Notes: generated by a model not told the origin, from the sequence alone. A DNA stretch of 64,000 bases from an uncultured Gammaproteobacteria bacterium (GCA_964407925.1 CAYOXM010000004.1:12389-76388), one strand, 5' to 3'. Shown: positions 1 to 11,640, counted from the stretch's first letter. Translations and numbers: made by a program.

Positions 1-759
1 TGCGATGAGCGAAACACGGTCCTTTTTCGCCAGCCAGATGCCGAGCGCGACCGCGAGAAGCGCGCCATACTGCGCCGGCGTCAACGAAAGATACCGCGCG
101 TCCCCGCCAGGGAGGTCCCAGGCGCGGTAAAAATCGAGGACGAACCTCGCCGAACCATAGAATACCATGAATCGCGGAAGGAAGCCTTTCTCCCCTTTCC
201 CCCTCCGCTCGATCGAGACGAACCAGGCAAAAATGGCGAAACCGAGGACAGAGAGAAGCAGGCCGTGATCCAGACGCGCCCCCTCCGGATAACGTACGGA
301 AAGGAAAGAATGCGATAGCGTCCCGGGATGGTCGTGGATTAGGAAACAGCCGATGCGGCCGATGCCGTAACCGAGCGGCAGGACGTACGCCGCCACGTCG
401 CCGTACTTTCGAAAATCGACGCGGCGCAGTTTGGCGAAGAGCAACGCGGCGACTGCTGCGCCGGCGAACCCGCCGAAGCTCGACATGCCCCCTTCCCAGA
501 CGCGAAACAGCTTCCAAGGGTCCGCGAGGAAGGACGCCGGATCATACGCCGCGGCGTGAAATACTCGACCGCCGACGAGTGCGGCAATGACGATCCAAGA
601 CGCGAAATCGAGGAATGTGTCGGCGACAAGGCCTCTCTCGCGCGCCTTGCGCGCGCCGGCCCACGCGGCGGTCAGGATGCCGGCGGCGACGAACAGGCCC
701 CATACCTGGATATGGACCGGCCCGATCGGAATTGCCGTAAGACGGAAAAACGGAATCAT
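1..759 (-). CDS. lgt: prolipoprotein diacylglyceryl transferase (Lgt), partial; start codon in window, gene runs off window start
   Basis: Hand translation of the minus-strand frame from ATG at 757-759 (overlaps ubiB stop as ATGA) gives ~250 uninterrupted codons, hydrophobic multi-TM, with ...PIGPVHIQVWGLF..., ...FRVWEGGMSSFGGF..., ...GYGIGRIGCF... resembling Lgt conserved regions. Absent from the ORF track because no stop lies in the window. Confidence 0.6.
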   Translation of the reverse strand, partial: MIPFFRLTAIPIGPVHIQVWGLFVAAGILTAAWAGARKARERGLVADTFLDFASWIVIAALVGGRVFHAAAYDPASFLADPWKLFRVWEGGMSSFGGFAGAAVAALLFAKLRRVDFRKYGDVAAYVLPLGYGIGRIGCFLIHDHPGTLSHSFLSVRYPEGARLDHGLLLSVLGFAIFAWFVSIERRGKGEKGFLPRFMVFYGSARFVLDFYRAWDLPGGDARYLSLTPAQYGALLAVALGIWLAKKDRVSLIA

Positions 760-2465
760 CGCCCCGGCCGCTTACGGATGAGCGCGAACAGCCACGCGAC
801 GAGCACGAGCGAAACGGCGAAACCGGCCTGGCCGAGCGGCAGCCGCCAGGCCGAAAGCGCGGTATCGAGACGCAGCACGACTGCCGACGCGATGAGAAGC
901 GCGACGGCGAGCACAGCGAGGATGCGGACGTCGTTCTGGCGGTCGAATTCGGCCTTGAGGTCATGCAGCTCCTGCAGGTCGATGCGCACGCCGATCTCGC
1001 CGTGCTCGATCCGCTCGAGGAGCGCCCGCGTCCGCTCGGGAAGGCGCTTCAGGAAATGAAGCGTGTCGAACGCCGACGACTGCAGTTCACGGCTGATTTT
1101 TTCCGGTGCGAATTCTTCGCGCAGGATCTTGCCGACGAATGGGCGGAACTCCGCCTCGAGGTCAATTTCGGGATACAGGCGCATGCCCATCGTCTCGAGC
1201 GTCAGGAACGCCTTGCCGAGCAGCACGAGGTCGGCCGGAAAGGTGATGCCGCGACGGGCGCCAGCGAGCAAGACGTTGTAGAACGCGAACGCGACGCCCT
1301 TGCGGTCCGTCGGCTTGTAGAGCACGCCCGTCACGACGGCACGCACGTCGCGGCCGAACGCCTCGGCATCACCCTCTTCGGGGTTTTCCGCGAGATCGAG
1401 CACGTGCCGAGCGTAACCGTCGACGTCCCTGTTCAGGAAGCAGGCGAAGCAGCTGAGCAGCTCGTAGCGCGATTTTTCGGAAAGCGCGCCGACCATGCCG
1501 AAATCGTACAGACCGAGCCGGGGGCCGCCCTCGCCGCGCAGCGCCACGAGATTGCCGGGGTGCGGATCTGCATGGAAGAATCCGGCGACGAAAAACTGGC
1601 GGAATCCGGCATTCAGCCCCAAGAGCGCGAGCGCCTTGCGGTCGATGCCGGCCTTCGCGAGACCGTCGAGATCGTCCACCTTTACGCCTTCCACGAGGTC
1701 GATGACAAGCACCCCCTTGGTCGTCCGGTCCCAATGCACGCGAGGGATCACGACGGAGGGATCGTCCTTGAACATCTCGCGGAAACGATCCATGTTCGCC
1801 CCCTCCACCTCGAAATCAAGTTCTCGCAGCGTCCAGTCGGCGAACTCCCGCGCGACGCGCGCGGGACGGAAACGCCTGCTTTCCGGAACGTGTTCCTCGA
1901 GAAGCCTCGTGAGGGTCGCGAGGATGTGGATGTCGGTCTTCACCTGCCGCTCGATGCCGGGACGCCGCACCTTCACCGCGACGCGCGACCCGTCGCGAAG
2001 GACGGCACGATGCACCTGCGCGAGCGAGGCGGCGGCGACCGGTTTTTCCTCGAATTCGGCGAAAACGTTTTCGATGGGCTGCCGCAGCTCCTCTTCGACG
2101 ATTTTCTCGGCCACTCCGGGAGCAAGCGGGCGCACCCCGTCCTGGAGCTTGGCGAACTCGGCGGCGAACCGTTCGGGAACGACGTCCGTGCGCATGCTGA
2201 GCACTTGGCCGAGCTTCACCCAGGCGGGCCCGAGCCTTTCGAACGCCCTGCGGAACCGGACCTCGAGCGGCGGCTCCCCGCCGACCCCCGCGCCGTCGGG
2301 AATGCCGACGCGCAGCCTCGCGCGGACGCGCGAGCCGAACGGAACGAGATAGCGGAGCCGCAACTCATCCACGAAAAAAGAAAGCCCTTCCTCGAAGAGC
2401 ACGGTAAGCACGTCCCTGAACCGCTTCAGGTCGCCGGCGGTCTGCTTGAGCGGGTTCAGCGTCAT
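756..2465 (-). CDS. ubiB: UbiB/ABC1 (AarF) family atypical protein kinase; start taken at internal Met (MTLNPLKQ...) not the 609-aa ORF start
   Basis: ORF 756..2585 translation has ABC1/UbiB kinase-like motifs (VAVKVRRPGI, HADPHPGN, DFG) and C-terminal TM helices. The 40-codon N-terminal extension is G/R-rich and probably not coding. Confidence 0.8.
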   Translation of the reverse strand: MTLNPLKQTAGDLKRFRDVLTVLFEEGLSFFVDELRLRYLVPFGSRVRARLRVGIPDGAGVGGEPPLEVRFRRAFERLGPAWVKLGQVLSMRTDVVPERFAAEFAKLQDGVRPLAPGVAEKIVEEELRQPIENVFAEFEEKPVAAASLAQVHRAVLRDGSRVAVKVRRPGIERQVKTDIHILATLTRLLEEHVPESRRFRPARVAREFADWTLRELDFEVEGANMDRFREMFKDDPSVVIPRVHWDRTTKGVLVIDLVEGVKVDDLDGLAKAGIDRKALALLGLNAGFRQFFVAGFFHADPHPGNLVALRGEGGPRLGLYDFGMVGALSEKSRYELLSCFACFLNRDVDGYARHVLDLAENPEEGDAEAFGRDVRAVVTGVLYKPTDRKGVAFAFYNVLLAGARRGITFPADLVLLGKAFLTLETMGMRLYPEIDLEAEFRPFVGKILREEFAPEKISRELQSSAFDTLHFLKRLPERTRALLERIEHGEIGVRIDLQELHDLKAEFDRQNDVRILAVLAVALLIASAVVLRLDTALSAWRLPLGQAGFAVSLVLVAWLFALIRKRPGR

Positions 2466-2920
2466 ATCGCGCCTAGGCGCTCGAGCGCCTTGCGGAAAGC
2501 TTTTACCGCGCCCTTCGCCACGCCCGCGTCCAAGTGATAACTCGCCTCGTGCGCGAGCTGATTGCGCACCTTGTGCGCCCACCACACCTCGCGCAGTTCC
2601 GGATACTTGTACTGCGCGAACTTCAGCCGCTCGCCCATCGTCGTTCCGGCCATCGCGAGCGTCTTGAGCGCGTGATCGAGCAGCTTGTCCGCCTCGAGAA
2701 TCGCGACCTTGCGGTTCATCTCGCCGGGCGACTCGATCATCCGTTCAATCTCCGCCCAGCGCTTGCGCATCGCCTCGCGATCGTCGCTGTCGAACGCGCG
2801 CGACGCGAGCCAGCCTCGTACCTTCGACACCGCGAGCGCCGCAACGACGACGACCATCGCGCCGAGCGCGATGACGCCGAGTGCCGGGATGACGCGCGCG
2901 ATGTCGATGGTGACGGTCAT
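2462..2920 (-). CDS. small N-terminally membrane-anchored hypothetical protein with R-N-x3-H (HEPN-like) motif
   Basis: ORF 2462..2974; likely start at MTVTIDIARV (TM helix follows). Alpha-helical-looking soluble part contains 'WAHKVRNQLAHE'. 4-bp overlap with ubiB start suggests an operon. Confidence 0.55.
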   Translation of the reverse strand: MTVTIDIARVIPALGVIALGAMVVVVAALAVSKVRGWLASRAFDSDDREAMRKRWAEIERMIESPGEMNRKVAILEADKLLDHALKTLAMAGTTMGERLKFAQYKYPELREVWWAHKVRNQLAHEASYHLDAGVAKGAVKAFRKALERLGAI

Positions 2921-2925
2921 AAGCG

Positions 2926-3492
2926 CTACCCCTTCGTCCAGTGCACGCGGACGAGCTTGTCCCCCTCCGACCACGTGATGGTGAGCTTGCCGCCCTTATG
3001 GCTGCGATGCACCTGCTTGCCGATCGCGACCGCGAGCTGGTTCTCGGACGTGTACGCGCGGACGGCGCCGCCGGATTCGGCGATGCGCACGATGCGATCC
3101 ATCGGATCTCGCGCGATGGCGCGCTTGCCGACGTTACGGATGAGGCCGAGAATTTCCACCTTTTCCGTCGGCGAAAATTCGCCGTCGAGGACGACCTCGC
3201 CCGCGTACGCGACCCCCGACGACGTTTTTTTCTTCTGCGCTCTGCACTCCTCGCACATCCCCGCCTTGAGCCAGGTGATGTCCATGTCTCCGGCGAGCAC
3301 TGCCGGCGAATGCCAATGCTTGTCGAAATAGATCGCTCCGCAGCTTCCGCAGCGGATTGCGCCCTCGCGGCCCGCGGACCCCCCCTTATGGAGGTCGCCC
3401 TTGGTGCGCCCGCCCTTCGGTCGCGCCGCGACCGCCTTCGACGTCCCCTTCTTTACGGACTTCTTCGTGATGAGCCGCTTCTGCTTTGGCAT
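2926..3492 (-). CDS. basic-tailed Zn-ribbon protein (CxxC...CxxC), possibly NMD3-like/nucleic-acid binding
   Basis: ORF translation: Lys/Arg-rich N-terminal 45 aa, 'CGSCGAIYFDKHWH...CEEC' zinc-ribbon, ~100-aa C-terminal domain. Family assignment uncertain. Confidence 0.6.
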   Translation of the reverse strand: MPKQKRLITKKSVKKGTSKAVAARPKGGRTKGDLHKGGSAGREGAIRCGSCGAIYFDKHWHSPAVLAGDMDITWLKAGMCEECRAQKKKTSSGVAYAGEVVLDGEFSPTEKVEILGLIRNVGKRAIARDPMDRIVRIAESGGAVRAYTSENQLAVAIGKQVHRSHKGGKLTITWSEGDKLVRVHWTKG

Positions 3493-3502
3493 AGGTTCGC
3501 GG

Positions 3503-4969
3503 TTAGGCGTTTGGAGGAATCAGTTTCCCGGCAAGGCCGGCGGCTCGCTCATAGGCGTGCGCGGCGCCGAGAAGCGTTTTTTCGTCGAAGTGGCGGCCGA
3601 TGAGCTGGAGACCGACTGGCAGGCCAGCGTCGAACCCGCACGGGACGCTGATGCCGGGGAGCCCCGCGACGTTCACCGACACCGTGTAGATGTCGGAAAG
3701 GTACATCGCGAGCGGATCGTCGACCTTCTCGCCGAGCTTCCATGCGGCGGTCGGCGCTGTCGGCGTCGCGATGACGTCGACTTCGGTAAAGGCCTGGCTA
3801 AAGTCGTTGGAAATGAGCCGCCGGACCTTGAGCGCCTTCAGGTAGTACGCGTCGTAATAGCCGGACGAAAGCGCGTACGTTCCCACCATGATGCGGCGGC
3901 GCACCTCGCGCCCGAATCCCTGGCCGCGCGACTTGCGATATGTCTCTTCGAGCGTGCCGCCGGCGACGCGCGTGCCGAAACGGATGCCGTCGAACCGCGA
4001 AAGGTTTGCGCTCACCTCGGACGGCATCAGCACGTAATACACCGCGAGCGCGTGTTCCGCGTGCGGAAGCGACACTTCCTTGATTTCGGCGCCGAGCGAC
4101 TGGAGCGTCGCGACCGCGTCACGGACGGCCTTTTCGACGCCAGGGGCCATGCCGGAGACGAAATACTCCTTCGGCAGGCCGACACGGAGGCCCTTGAGCG
4201 ATTCGGGGAACCGATCGGGCAGCGCCCACCCCGGCTCGAGATCGACGCTCGTCGCATCCATCATGTCACGACCCTCGATGGCGCCGAGCATCAGCGCGGC
4301 GTCCTCGACGGTGCGCGTGAAGGGACCGATCTGGTCGAGGCTCGACGCCATCGCCATGAGGCCGTAACGGGACACGCGGCCGTACGTCGGCTTGAGGCCG
4401 ACGACGCCGCACATCGCGGCAGGCTGGCGGATGGAGCCGCCGGTATCGGAACCCAGCGCGGCGACGGCCGAACCTTCGGCCACGGCGATCGCCGAACCGC
4501 CCGACGATCCGCCCGGGATACGCTCGAGGTCCCACGGATTCTTGGATGGCCCGTGGCAGGAGGTCTCGGTCGATCCGCCCATCGCGAACTCATCGAGGTT
4601 GGTCTTGCCGAGAATGACGGCGCCGGCCTCCTTGAGCCGCCTCACGACGGTCGCGTCATACGGCGCGACGTACTCCTTGATGACGTTCGACGCCGCCGTC
4701 GCGCGGACGCCGGCGACGAGCATGTTGTCCTTAATGGCGACCGGCGCACCGTCGAGCGGCGAAAGCGGTTCGCCCGCCCTTCGCCTGGCGTCGGACGCGG
4801 CAGCGTCAGCGAGCGCCGACTCCTCCGTTATCTCGACGTACGCCTTGGTTGTTCCCGCGTTCTTCTTCGCGACCGCCAAACAGTCCCCGACCGCCTCGGC
4901 CGAAGACCATTCCCCTTTCGCCAGTCCCGCGGAGAGCTCGGCGAGCGTTTTCCTTGCAAGCGACATATG
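3503..4969 (-). CDS. gatA: Glu-tRNA(Gln)/Asp-tRNA(Asn) amidotransferase subunit A
   Basis: ORF 3503..5062; amidase signature region (GGSSGGSAIAVA, DTGGSIRQPA). Start set at MSLARKTLAEL, directly after gatC. Confidence 0.9.
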   Translation of the reverse strand, partial: HMSLARKTLAELSAGLAKGEWSSAEAVGDCLAVAKKNAGTTKAYVEITEESALADAAASDARRRAGEPLSPLDGAPVAIKDNMLVAGVRATAASNVIKEYVAPYDATVVRRLKEAGAVILGKTNLDEFAMGGSTETSCHGPSKNPWDLERIPGGSSGGSAIAVAEGSAVAALGSDTGGSIRQPAAMCGVVGLKPTYGRVSRYGLMAMASSLDQIGPFTRTVEDAALMLGAIEGRDMMDATSVDLEPGWALPDRFPESLKGLRVGLPKEYFVSGMAPGVEKAVRDAVATLQSLGAEIKEVSLPHAEHALAVYYVLMPSEVSANLSRFDGIRFGTRVAGGTLEETYRKSRGQGFGREVRRRIMVGTYALSSGYYDAYYLKALKVRRLISNDFSQAFTEVDVIATPTAPTAAWKLGEKVDDPLAMYLSDIYTVSVNVAGLPGISVPCGFDAGLPVGLQLIGRHFDEKTLLGAAHAYERAAGLAGKLIPPNA

Positions 4970-4974
4970 GCAGA

Positions 4975-5268
4975 TCAGGAAAAGACGGCTTTCACCTTGA
5001 GCATGTCGCCTTCGCGCTCGGGAAATTCGCCGAGCAGCGCGTCCCGCGTCCCTTTCGGGCACGGGGCGGGCTCATCGGCCCCGAAAACGTTTCGCACGGC
5101 GATGCTGTGCGCCATCGGCTCGATACCTTCGGTGTCGACCGTGCCGAGCGCGCCGACGTATTCCAAAATGGACGACAGTTGCCGCGTAAGTGCGTCTTTT
5201 TCCTCGACGGGGAGCTCCAGACGGGCAAGCCGTGCGATGTGTTCGACTTCAGCGGGAGTCAGCGACAT
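4975..5268 (-). CDS. gatC: Glu-tRNA(Gln) amidotransferase subunit C
   Basis: ORF 4975..5313; start at MSLTPAEVEHIARLARL. Typical GatC size, and sits immediately upstream of gatA. Confidence 0.8.
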   Translation of the reverse strand: MSLTPAEVEHIARLARLELPVEEKDALTRQLSSILEYVGALGTVDTEGIEPMAHSIAVRNVFGADEPAPCPKGTRDALLGEFPEREGDMLKVKAVFS

Positions 5269-5275
5269 AGGCAGT

Positions 5276-7431
<2,156 letters not shown>

Positions 7432-8310
7432 CTATGGACAGCTGATGGTACCGCTCTTCACGATGGAACATTCGCTGAACACGACGAAATCGTATACTCC
7501 CGAAAGCGGCGTCTGCCGCGGCAGGGTGATGAGCAGCTTCTGCTCCACACCGGCGAACGTGCCGCGACTGTCGACTTTGACGCGACCGGGGAGGTTCACC
7601 GGCGCGTTCCCCGCGTCGTACCCGCGGATCTGCACGTTCTCGAGCGCCCCCTTTCGGGCGACGAGCCTGATGCGGTACAGCTTGTCCGGCGCCGCGACAG
7701 GGAGCACGGCGGTACCGCCGACGTACTGGTTCACGCCGATGGCCACGTTCGCCGCGTTGAGCGGGTCCCACGCGCCTCCGGGCTGCCAGCCGATGAGCGT
7801 CGCGCCCAGTACCGTACAGCCGGAGCAGGCATCGGTCCACGTCACCTCGACTTTGGCCACGTTCGCGCTCGCCTGCGTATCGGGATTGAAGAGCGCGATT
7901 TCCGTGAAGGAATCCTCGAGGATGGTCCCCGCGTAAATGACGCTCTCCTTGTCGTCGACCGACCGCTTCCATGTCGCGTTGTTGGTGAGGGCGGTGGCGC
8001 TGCTCACCGACGACGGCAGCGTGCCGGTCCGCCGCGCCTTGAACAGGGCGTCTTCCGCGCCGCTTTCGGCCGCGTAGTACGCGACGATGGCGCTGTCGAT
8101 GACGCGGGTCTGCTGGAGCGAACTCAGGATGAGCGAACCCAGACCGACGGACGATATGACGACCGACGACATGACGATGAGCGCCATGAGCAGGACGGTG
8201 CCACGGGAGTCGAAGGCGGAGGGTCGAGAGTGGTGAGTCTCGCGCGCCGAACCTCGCCCCGCGAAAGGACGTTCCACTTTCCACTTTCCGCTTTCCACTG
8301 GACGTACCAT
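7432..8310 (-). CDS. PilX-like minor pilin / pilus-associated protein (PilX_N-type hydrophobic N-terminus); start uncertain
   Basis: ORF 7432..8592; hydrophobic segment 'SRGTVLLMALIVMSSVVISSVGLG' resembles the PilX N-terminal domain. Last gene of the pilin/pseudopilin run. Confidence 0.55.
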   Translation of the reverse strand: MVRPVESGKWKVERPFAGRGSARETHHSRPSAFDSRGTVLLMALIVMSSVVISSVGLGSLILSSLQQTRVIDSAIVAYYAAESGAEDALFKARRTGTLPSSVSSATALTNNATWKRSVDDKESVIYAGTILEDSFTEIALFNPDTQASANVAKVEVTWTDACSGCTVLGATLIGWQPGGAWDPLNAANVAIGVNQYVGGTAVLPVAAPDKLYRIRLVARKGALENVQIRGYDAGNAPVNLPGRVKVDSRGTFAGVEQKLLITLPRQTPLSGVYDFVVFSECSIVKSGTISCP

Positions 8311-8312
8311 AG

Positions 8313-8939
8313 CTATCTCTTGTATTTCCTGTTCGTCGCCGTCGTCTGGAGGTAAACGACGGAACGCTCGGCCTGCCGCTCCGCCGAGCTTTCGAGCATC
8401 AGGACGGCGGTCACGCGCGGCTGGAGGTTGGCGGCATACGTTCCCGTGTTCGGATCGAACGCGTTCGGATCGGTCACGGGACCGATGTAGAACTTCACGT
8501 TGTCCACCTTCACGCCCTTCGGGGTGATCGGCGCCGGCGTTCCCGTGCCGACGGTCACGAGCAGGCACGGCCTGCTGAGCGTGTCCGCGCAATTCGACTC
8601 GTTGCCGGAGTCGCTCACGTGGAAACGAAGCTTCGTGTTCGTGCTGTCGATGAGCGCGAGTTCCCCCTCCGGGACGCCGATGGCGGTTCCGCGCGAAACG
8701 TAATACGCGTAATCGAGCGTCCCGGTGCGCACCTCGCGGACGATCGCCTCCATGGTGAACCGCGCGTCCGCCTGGACGCGTTCCAGGCCGAACATCTTGC
8801 GCTGCGACTTGTTGGCGAGCAGGAAGATGTCCGACGCCGCGACGACGACGGTCGAGAAGATGCCGAGGACGACGAGCAGCTCCATCAGCGTGAAGCCGCG
8901 CGCCGCCGCGATTTTCCGCGCATGGACGGTCCTCCGCAT
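8313..8939 (-). CDS. type IV pilin-like minor pilin (pseudopilin) with class III signal peptide
   Basis: N-terminus MRRTVHARKIAAARG|FTLMELLVVLGIFS: G-1, F+1, E+5 prepilin peptidase motif. Adjacent to the upstream pseudopilin stop. Confidence 0.8.
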   Translation of the reverse strand: MRRTVHARKIAAARGFTLMELLVVLGIFSTVVVAASDIFLLANKSQRKMFGLERVQADARFTMEAIVREVRTGTLDYAYYVSRGTAIGVPEGELALIDSTNTKLRFHVSDSGNESNCADTLSRPCLLVTVGTGTPAPITPKGVKVDNVKFYIGPVTDPNAFDPNTGTYAANLQPRVTAVLMLESSAERQAERSVVYLQTTATNRKYKR

Positions 8940-8940
8940 A

Positions 8941-9615
8941 TCAGCGCCAATTGAACATCCGCTCTTCGACATCGAGCGTGTGCACGCGGCCGGCGACGGC
9001 CCAGCGCATCTTCGAGGTCACGCGCATGCCGATCTTCTCGGCCGCGCCGCAACCGGCGCCGCTCGTCACGATGGTGTAGCCGCCCGCGCCGTTGTCGCAC
9101 AGGGGGTCGGTGACGATCAGCCGGCTGAACCCCGAGACTACGGTACCCGCGGGCTGCGCGGCAGCCTGGACGAACAACCCGACGGTGGCGCCGCCGCCGC
9201 CCGTGGTGTAACGGTACACGCGCGCCGCGTTCGCGGTGATGACGTTCGCGGCCGCGTAGTTGACCGACCACGCGTTCGTCGACGGCGAAAATTCGGCAAT
9301 GCCCGTGTAATCGGTGCCGTTGTACAGCCCGCTGTCGAACTGCTGGCCCGCCAGCCAGTTCGAGTCGCGTATCGCGCGCACCGCCTCGATGCCTTCGCGC
9401 GCCAAATTGCCGGCCATGATGCTCGCCTCGCTCTCCTTTTCGGCCTTGATGGTCCCCGCGACCAGCGTGAGCGCGGACGACACCGCCGTCACGATGATGC
9501 CCGTCGCGATGATCGCCTCGAGCATGCTCTGCCCCCTTTGGCGAAGTCCGCGACCGCGGCGCGGCCGATTGCGCTCCGGCAGGGCGTTGTCCGAAAACGT
9601 CGCGGCGTGAGGCAT
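8941..9615 (-). CDS. type IV pilin-like minor pilin (pseudopilin)
   Basis: N-terminus ...RQRG|QSMLEAIIATGIIVTAV with E+5, followed by a hydrophobic helix. Confidence 0.75.
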   Translation of the reverse strand: MPHAATFSDNALPERNRPRRGRGLRQRGQSMLEAIIATGIIVTAVSSALTLVAGTIKAEKESEASIMAGNLAREGIEAVRAIRDSNWLAGQQFDSGLYNGTDYTGIAEFSPSTNAWSVNYAAANVITANAARVYRYTTGGGGATVGLFVQAAAQPAGTVVSGFSRLIVTDPLCDNGAGGYTIVTSGAGCGAAEKIGMRVTSKMRWAVAGRVHTLDVEERMFNWR

Positions 9616-9616
9616 A

Positions 9617-10237
9617 TCAGTCGGCGTTGACTTGTCCCGTGATGCGGTTCACCGTCACGTTTTTCGTCTGGCCCGTCGCCGCGTGCCGCGTGGTGACGGA
9701 CGCCACGCCGGTCGCCGTCGAACCGTTGAAGTACACCGAAGGTTTCGGCGGCTCGAAGACGATGTCGAGCGTCGCGCCGGCAGCGGGAGAGAGCGTCGAC
9801 ACCTTCACGCTCGGACCAGGCGACGCCGAGTCCGACCGGATGAGTTCGCCCGCGTCATAGGCGCGGTCGCCGTCAAGGTCGGCGAACAGGATGACGCTGC
9901 GGTCGTCCGGCGACGTCGTCGAGAGCCGGATGCCGTAACCGCGCGGCACTTCGACGACGCACGTGCCGCCGCCGCACTCCGCGCTGAGGCCCGACGGGCA
10001 CGTTTGCAGGTCGCGCGTTCCTCCGCGGCAGAACGCCGTCGTTTGGCCGGCGACGGCGAGCGTCTGCGCGCGCCGGATTGCGGTCGCCACGAGCTGGCTC
10101 GACAGTCGCAGCTCGTCACCCTGCCGGCCCGCGCGGAAATTCGCGGTGACGAACGCCGTCACGACGGCGAAAATGCTCATTGAGAGGAGCATCTCGATGA
10201 GCGTGAACCCGCGCAAAATTCCGCGATGGCGCGTCAT
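9617..10237 (-). CDS. type IV pilin-like minor pilin (GspH/FimT-like pseudopilin)
   Basis: N-terminus MTRHRGILRG|FTLIEMLLSMSIFAVV class III signal. Start overlaps the pilD stop by 4 bp. Confidence 0.8.
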   Translation of the reverse strand: MTRHRGILRGFTLIEMLLSMSIFAVVTAFVTANFRAGRQGDELRLSSQLVATAIRRAQTLAVAGQTTAFCRGGTRDLQTCPSGLSAECGGGTCVVEVPRGYGIRLSTTSPDDRSVILFADLDGDRAYDAGELIRSDSASPGPSVKVSTLSPAAGATLDIVFEPPKPSVYFNGSTATGVASVTTRHAATGQTKNVTVNRITGQVNAD

Positions 10238-11016
10238 AGGAGTCCCAAGTACCACTGCGCGATGTCATTTCCCCAGAGCAGGCTCGCGACGGCGCCGACG
10301 GCGAGGAACGTGCCGAACGGTATCTGGCTCTGCCAAGAACGCTTCTTCGAGGCGAGGAGCGCGAGGCCGAACAGCGCGCCGGAGACGTACGCGACGAACA
10401 GCGCGACCAGCGTGAGCGGCAGGCCGAGCATGGCGCCGACGAGCAGGCCGAGGTGGACGTCGCCGCCGCCGATCCACTTCCCTTTCGACAGCCAGAACTG
10501 CAGTTGGAAGATGCCGGCGCCGACGACCGCGCCGAGAACGAGTCCCGGCCACGGCATGCCGAGAGCGAGGTTGCCCGCAAAGACGAGCGCCGCCGCCGGA
10601 AGCGTCACCGACCGCAGGATCAGCATGTAACGGTAATCGAACACGAACACCACGACGAGCGTCGCGATGAAGTACCAGGCGAGCAGGAGTTTCGCGAGCC
10701 CGCGGGCGTCGATGAATCCCGCCTCAGGGATCATCCTCGCGGCCGCGGCGAGGAAGAGGATGCCGGTAGCCGCCTCGATCACGAAGTACGACGGGCTGAT
10801 TCCCGCCTTGCAGTAACGGCATCGTCCGCGGAGCAGCAGGGCCCAACTGACGAGCGGAATCAGGTCCTTCGGCGCGAGTTCGTGCCGGCACGACGTGCAA
10901 TAGGATCGGCCGGACACGAAGCTCTCGCCGGTCCTGAGCCGCCACAGCACCGCGTTAAGAAAGCTCCCGATGACGGTGCCGAACAGGAAGACGAATGCCG
11001 CGAGAACGGGTGACAT
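10234..11016 (-). CDS. pilD: prepilin peptidase (A24 family) / N-methyltransferase
   Basis: 260-aa polytopic membrane protein with N-terminal CxxC...CxxC zinc-binding motif (CTSCRHEL...CRYC) and A24 aspartyl-peptidase-like core. Confidence 0.85.
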   Translation of the reverse strand: MSPVLAAFVFLFGTVIGSFLNAVLWRLRTGESFVSGRSYCTSCRHELAPKDLIPLVSWALLLRGRCRYCKAGISPSYFVIEAATGILFLAAAARMIPEAGFIDARGLAKLLLAWYFIATLVVVFVFDYRYMLILRSVTLPAAALVFAGNLALGMPWPGLVLGAVVGAGIFQLQFWLSKGKWIGGGDVHLGLLVGAMLGLPLTLVALFVAYVSGALFGLALLASKKRSWQSQIPFGTFLAVGAVASLLWGNDIAQWYLGLL

Positions 11017-11045
11017 GGGCGCTTACTGACGCCGAACGGCGCCCG

Positions 11046-11543
11046 TCATTGGATGCCGCTCTCCGTGGCGGTATGAACGCCCGCGGCAAGGTCGCCGACC
11101 TGGGCGCCGATGCAGAACGCGATCGTGTACGCGCCGCCCGCGGGAGCGGTGTAGCCGTAATCGTTTTGACCGGAAGAGCAGGTCCCGTCGACGGGCGTGG
11201 GAGCCTTCGGCACGAGCCCCATGTAGGTCGTGTCGCCAGAGGCGCACGCGGTCTTCCAGCCGCCGTTCGAGCAGAGCGCGCCGTAGCTGCCGCCGGCGCC
11301 GAGAACGATGGCCGACGCGGCAGTCGGGTACCCGTTGTTTTCCGAATAATAGAGTTCGAGCGCCGTCTGGATCTGCTTGACGTCGGCGACGCGCTTCGAG
11401 TCGCGCGACTTCTGGCGCGCGCTGTTCAAGGCGACGACGGCGAGCGTCGAGAGGATGCCGATGATGGCGATGACCACCAAGAGCTCGATGAGCGTGAAGC
11501 CGGCGTATGCCGGTCGTGAGCCGTCGTTGCGCGTTTTTCGCAT
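11046..11543 (-). CDS. pilA: type IV major pilin paralog 1 (PilA-like), 166 aa
   Basis: Real start at internal Met of ORF 11046..11966: MRKTRNDGSRPAYAG|FTLIELLVVIAIIGIL... The upstream 141 codons of the ORF are R/P-rich noise. C-terminal Cys pair. Confidence 0.85.
   Translation of the reverse strand: MRKTRNDGSRPAYAGFTLIELLVVIAIIGILSTLAVVALNSARQKSRDSKRVADVKQIQTALELYYSENNGYPTAASAIVLGAGGSYGALCSNGGWKTACASGDTTYMGLVPKAPTPVDGTCSSGQNDYGYTAPAGGAYTIAFCIGAQVGDLAAGVHTATESGIQ
11348..11498 (-). repeat. ~150-nt near-identical segment shared by the two tandem pilin genes (copy in pilin paralog 1)
   Basis: GAGTTCGAGCGCCGTCTGGATCTGCTTGACGTCGGCGACGCGCTTCGAGTCGCGCGACTTCTGGCGCGCGCTGTTCAAGGCGACGACGGCGAGCGTCGA...GAGCTCGATGAGCGTGAAGCC is present in both genes (few mismatches). 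It encodes GFTLIELLVVIAIIG...QIQTALELY. Confidence 0.75.
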
Positions 11544-11570
11544 AGGGTGACTTACTGTGAATACCGCACC

Positions 11571-11600
11571 AGCATACCATTTTTCGCGCTCAACGGACAA
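11571..11600 (-). promoter_or_regulatory. candidate promoter of pilin paralog 1 (TTGTCC-18-TGGTATGCT)
   Basis: Minus strand TTGTCC ... extended -10 TGGTATGCT ~25 nt upstream of the ATG at 11543; no clear SD. Confidence 0.35.
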
Positions 11601-11614
11601 ATCGCGCGCATACG

Positions 11615-11640
11615 AAAACCCCTGCTCGAGCAGGGGTTTT
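11615..11640. terminator. bidirectional rho-independent terminator between the two pilin genes
   Basis: AAAACCCCTGCTCGAGCAGGGGTTTT: 7-bp G/C-rich stem, 4-nt loop, flanked by A4 and T4; 25 nt downstream of the pilin paralog 2 stop. Confidence 0.75.

Noticed and set aside
339-1059. Several 60-170-aa ORFs (339..629, 542..964, 556..1059, 587..781) at the window start
   Set aside because: All are alternative frames of the lgt coding region, with S/R/P-rich compositions. The lgt frame gives a coherent multi-TM Lgt-like protein.
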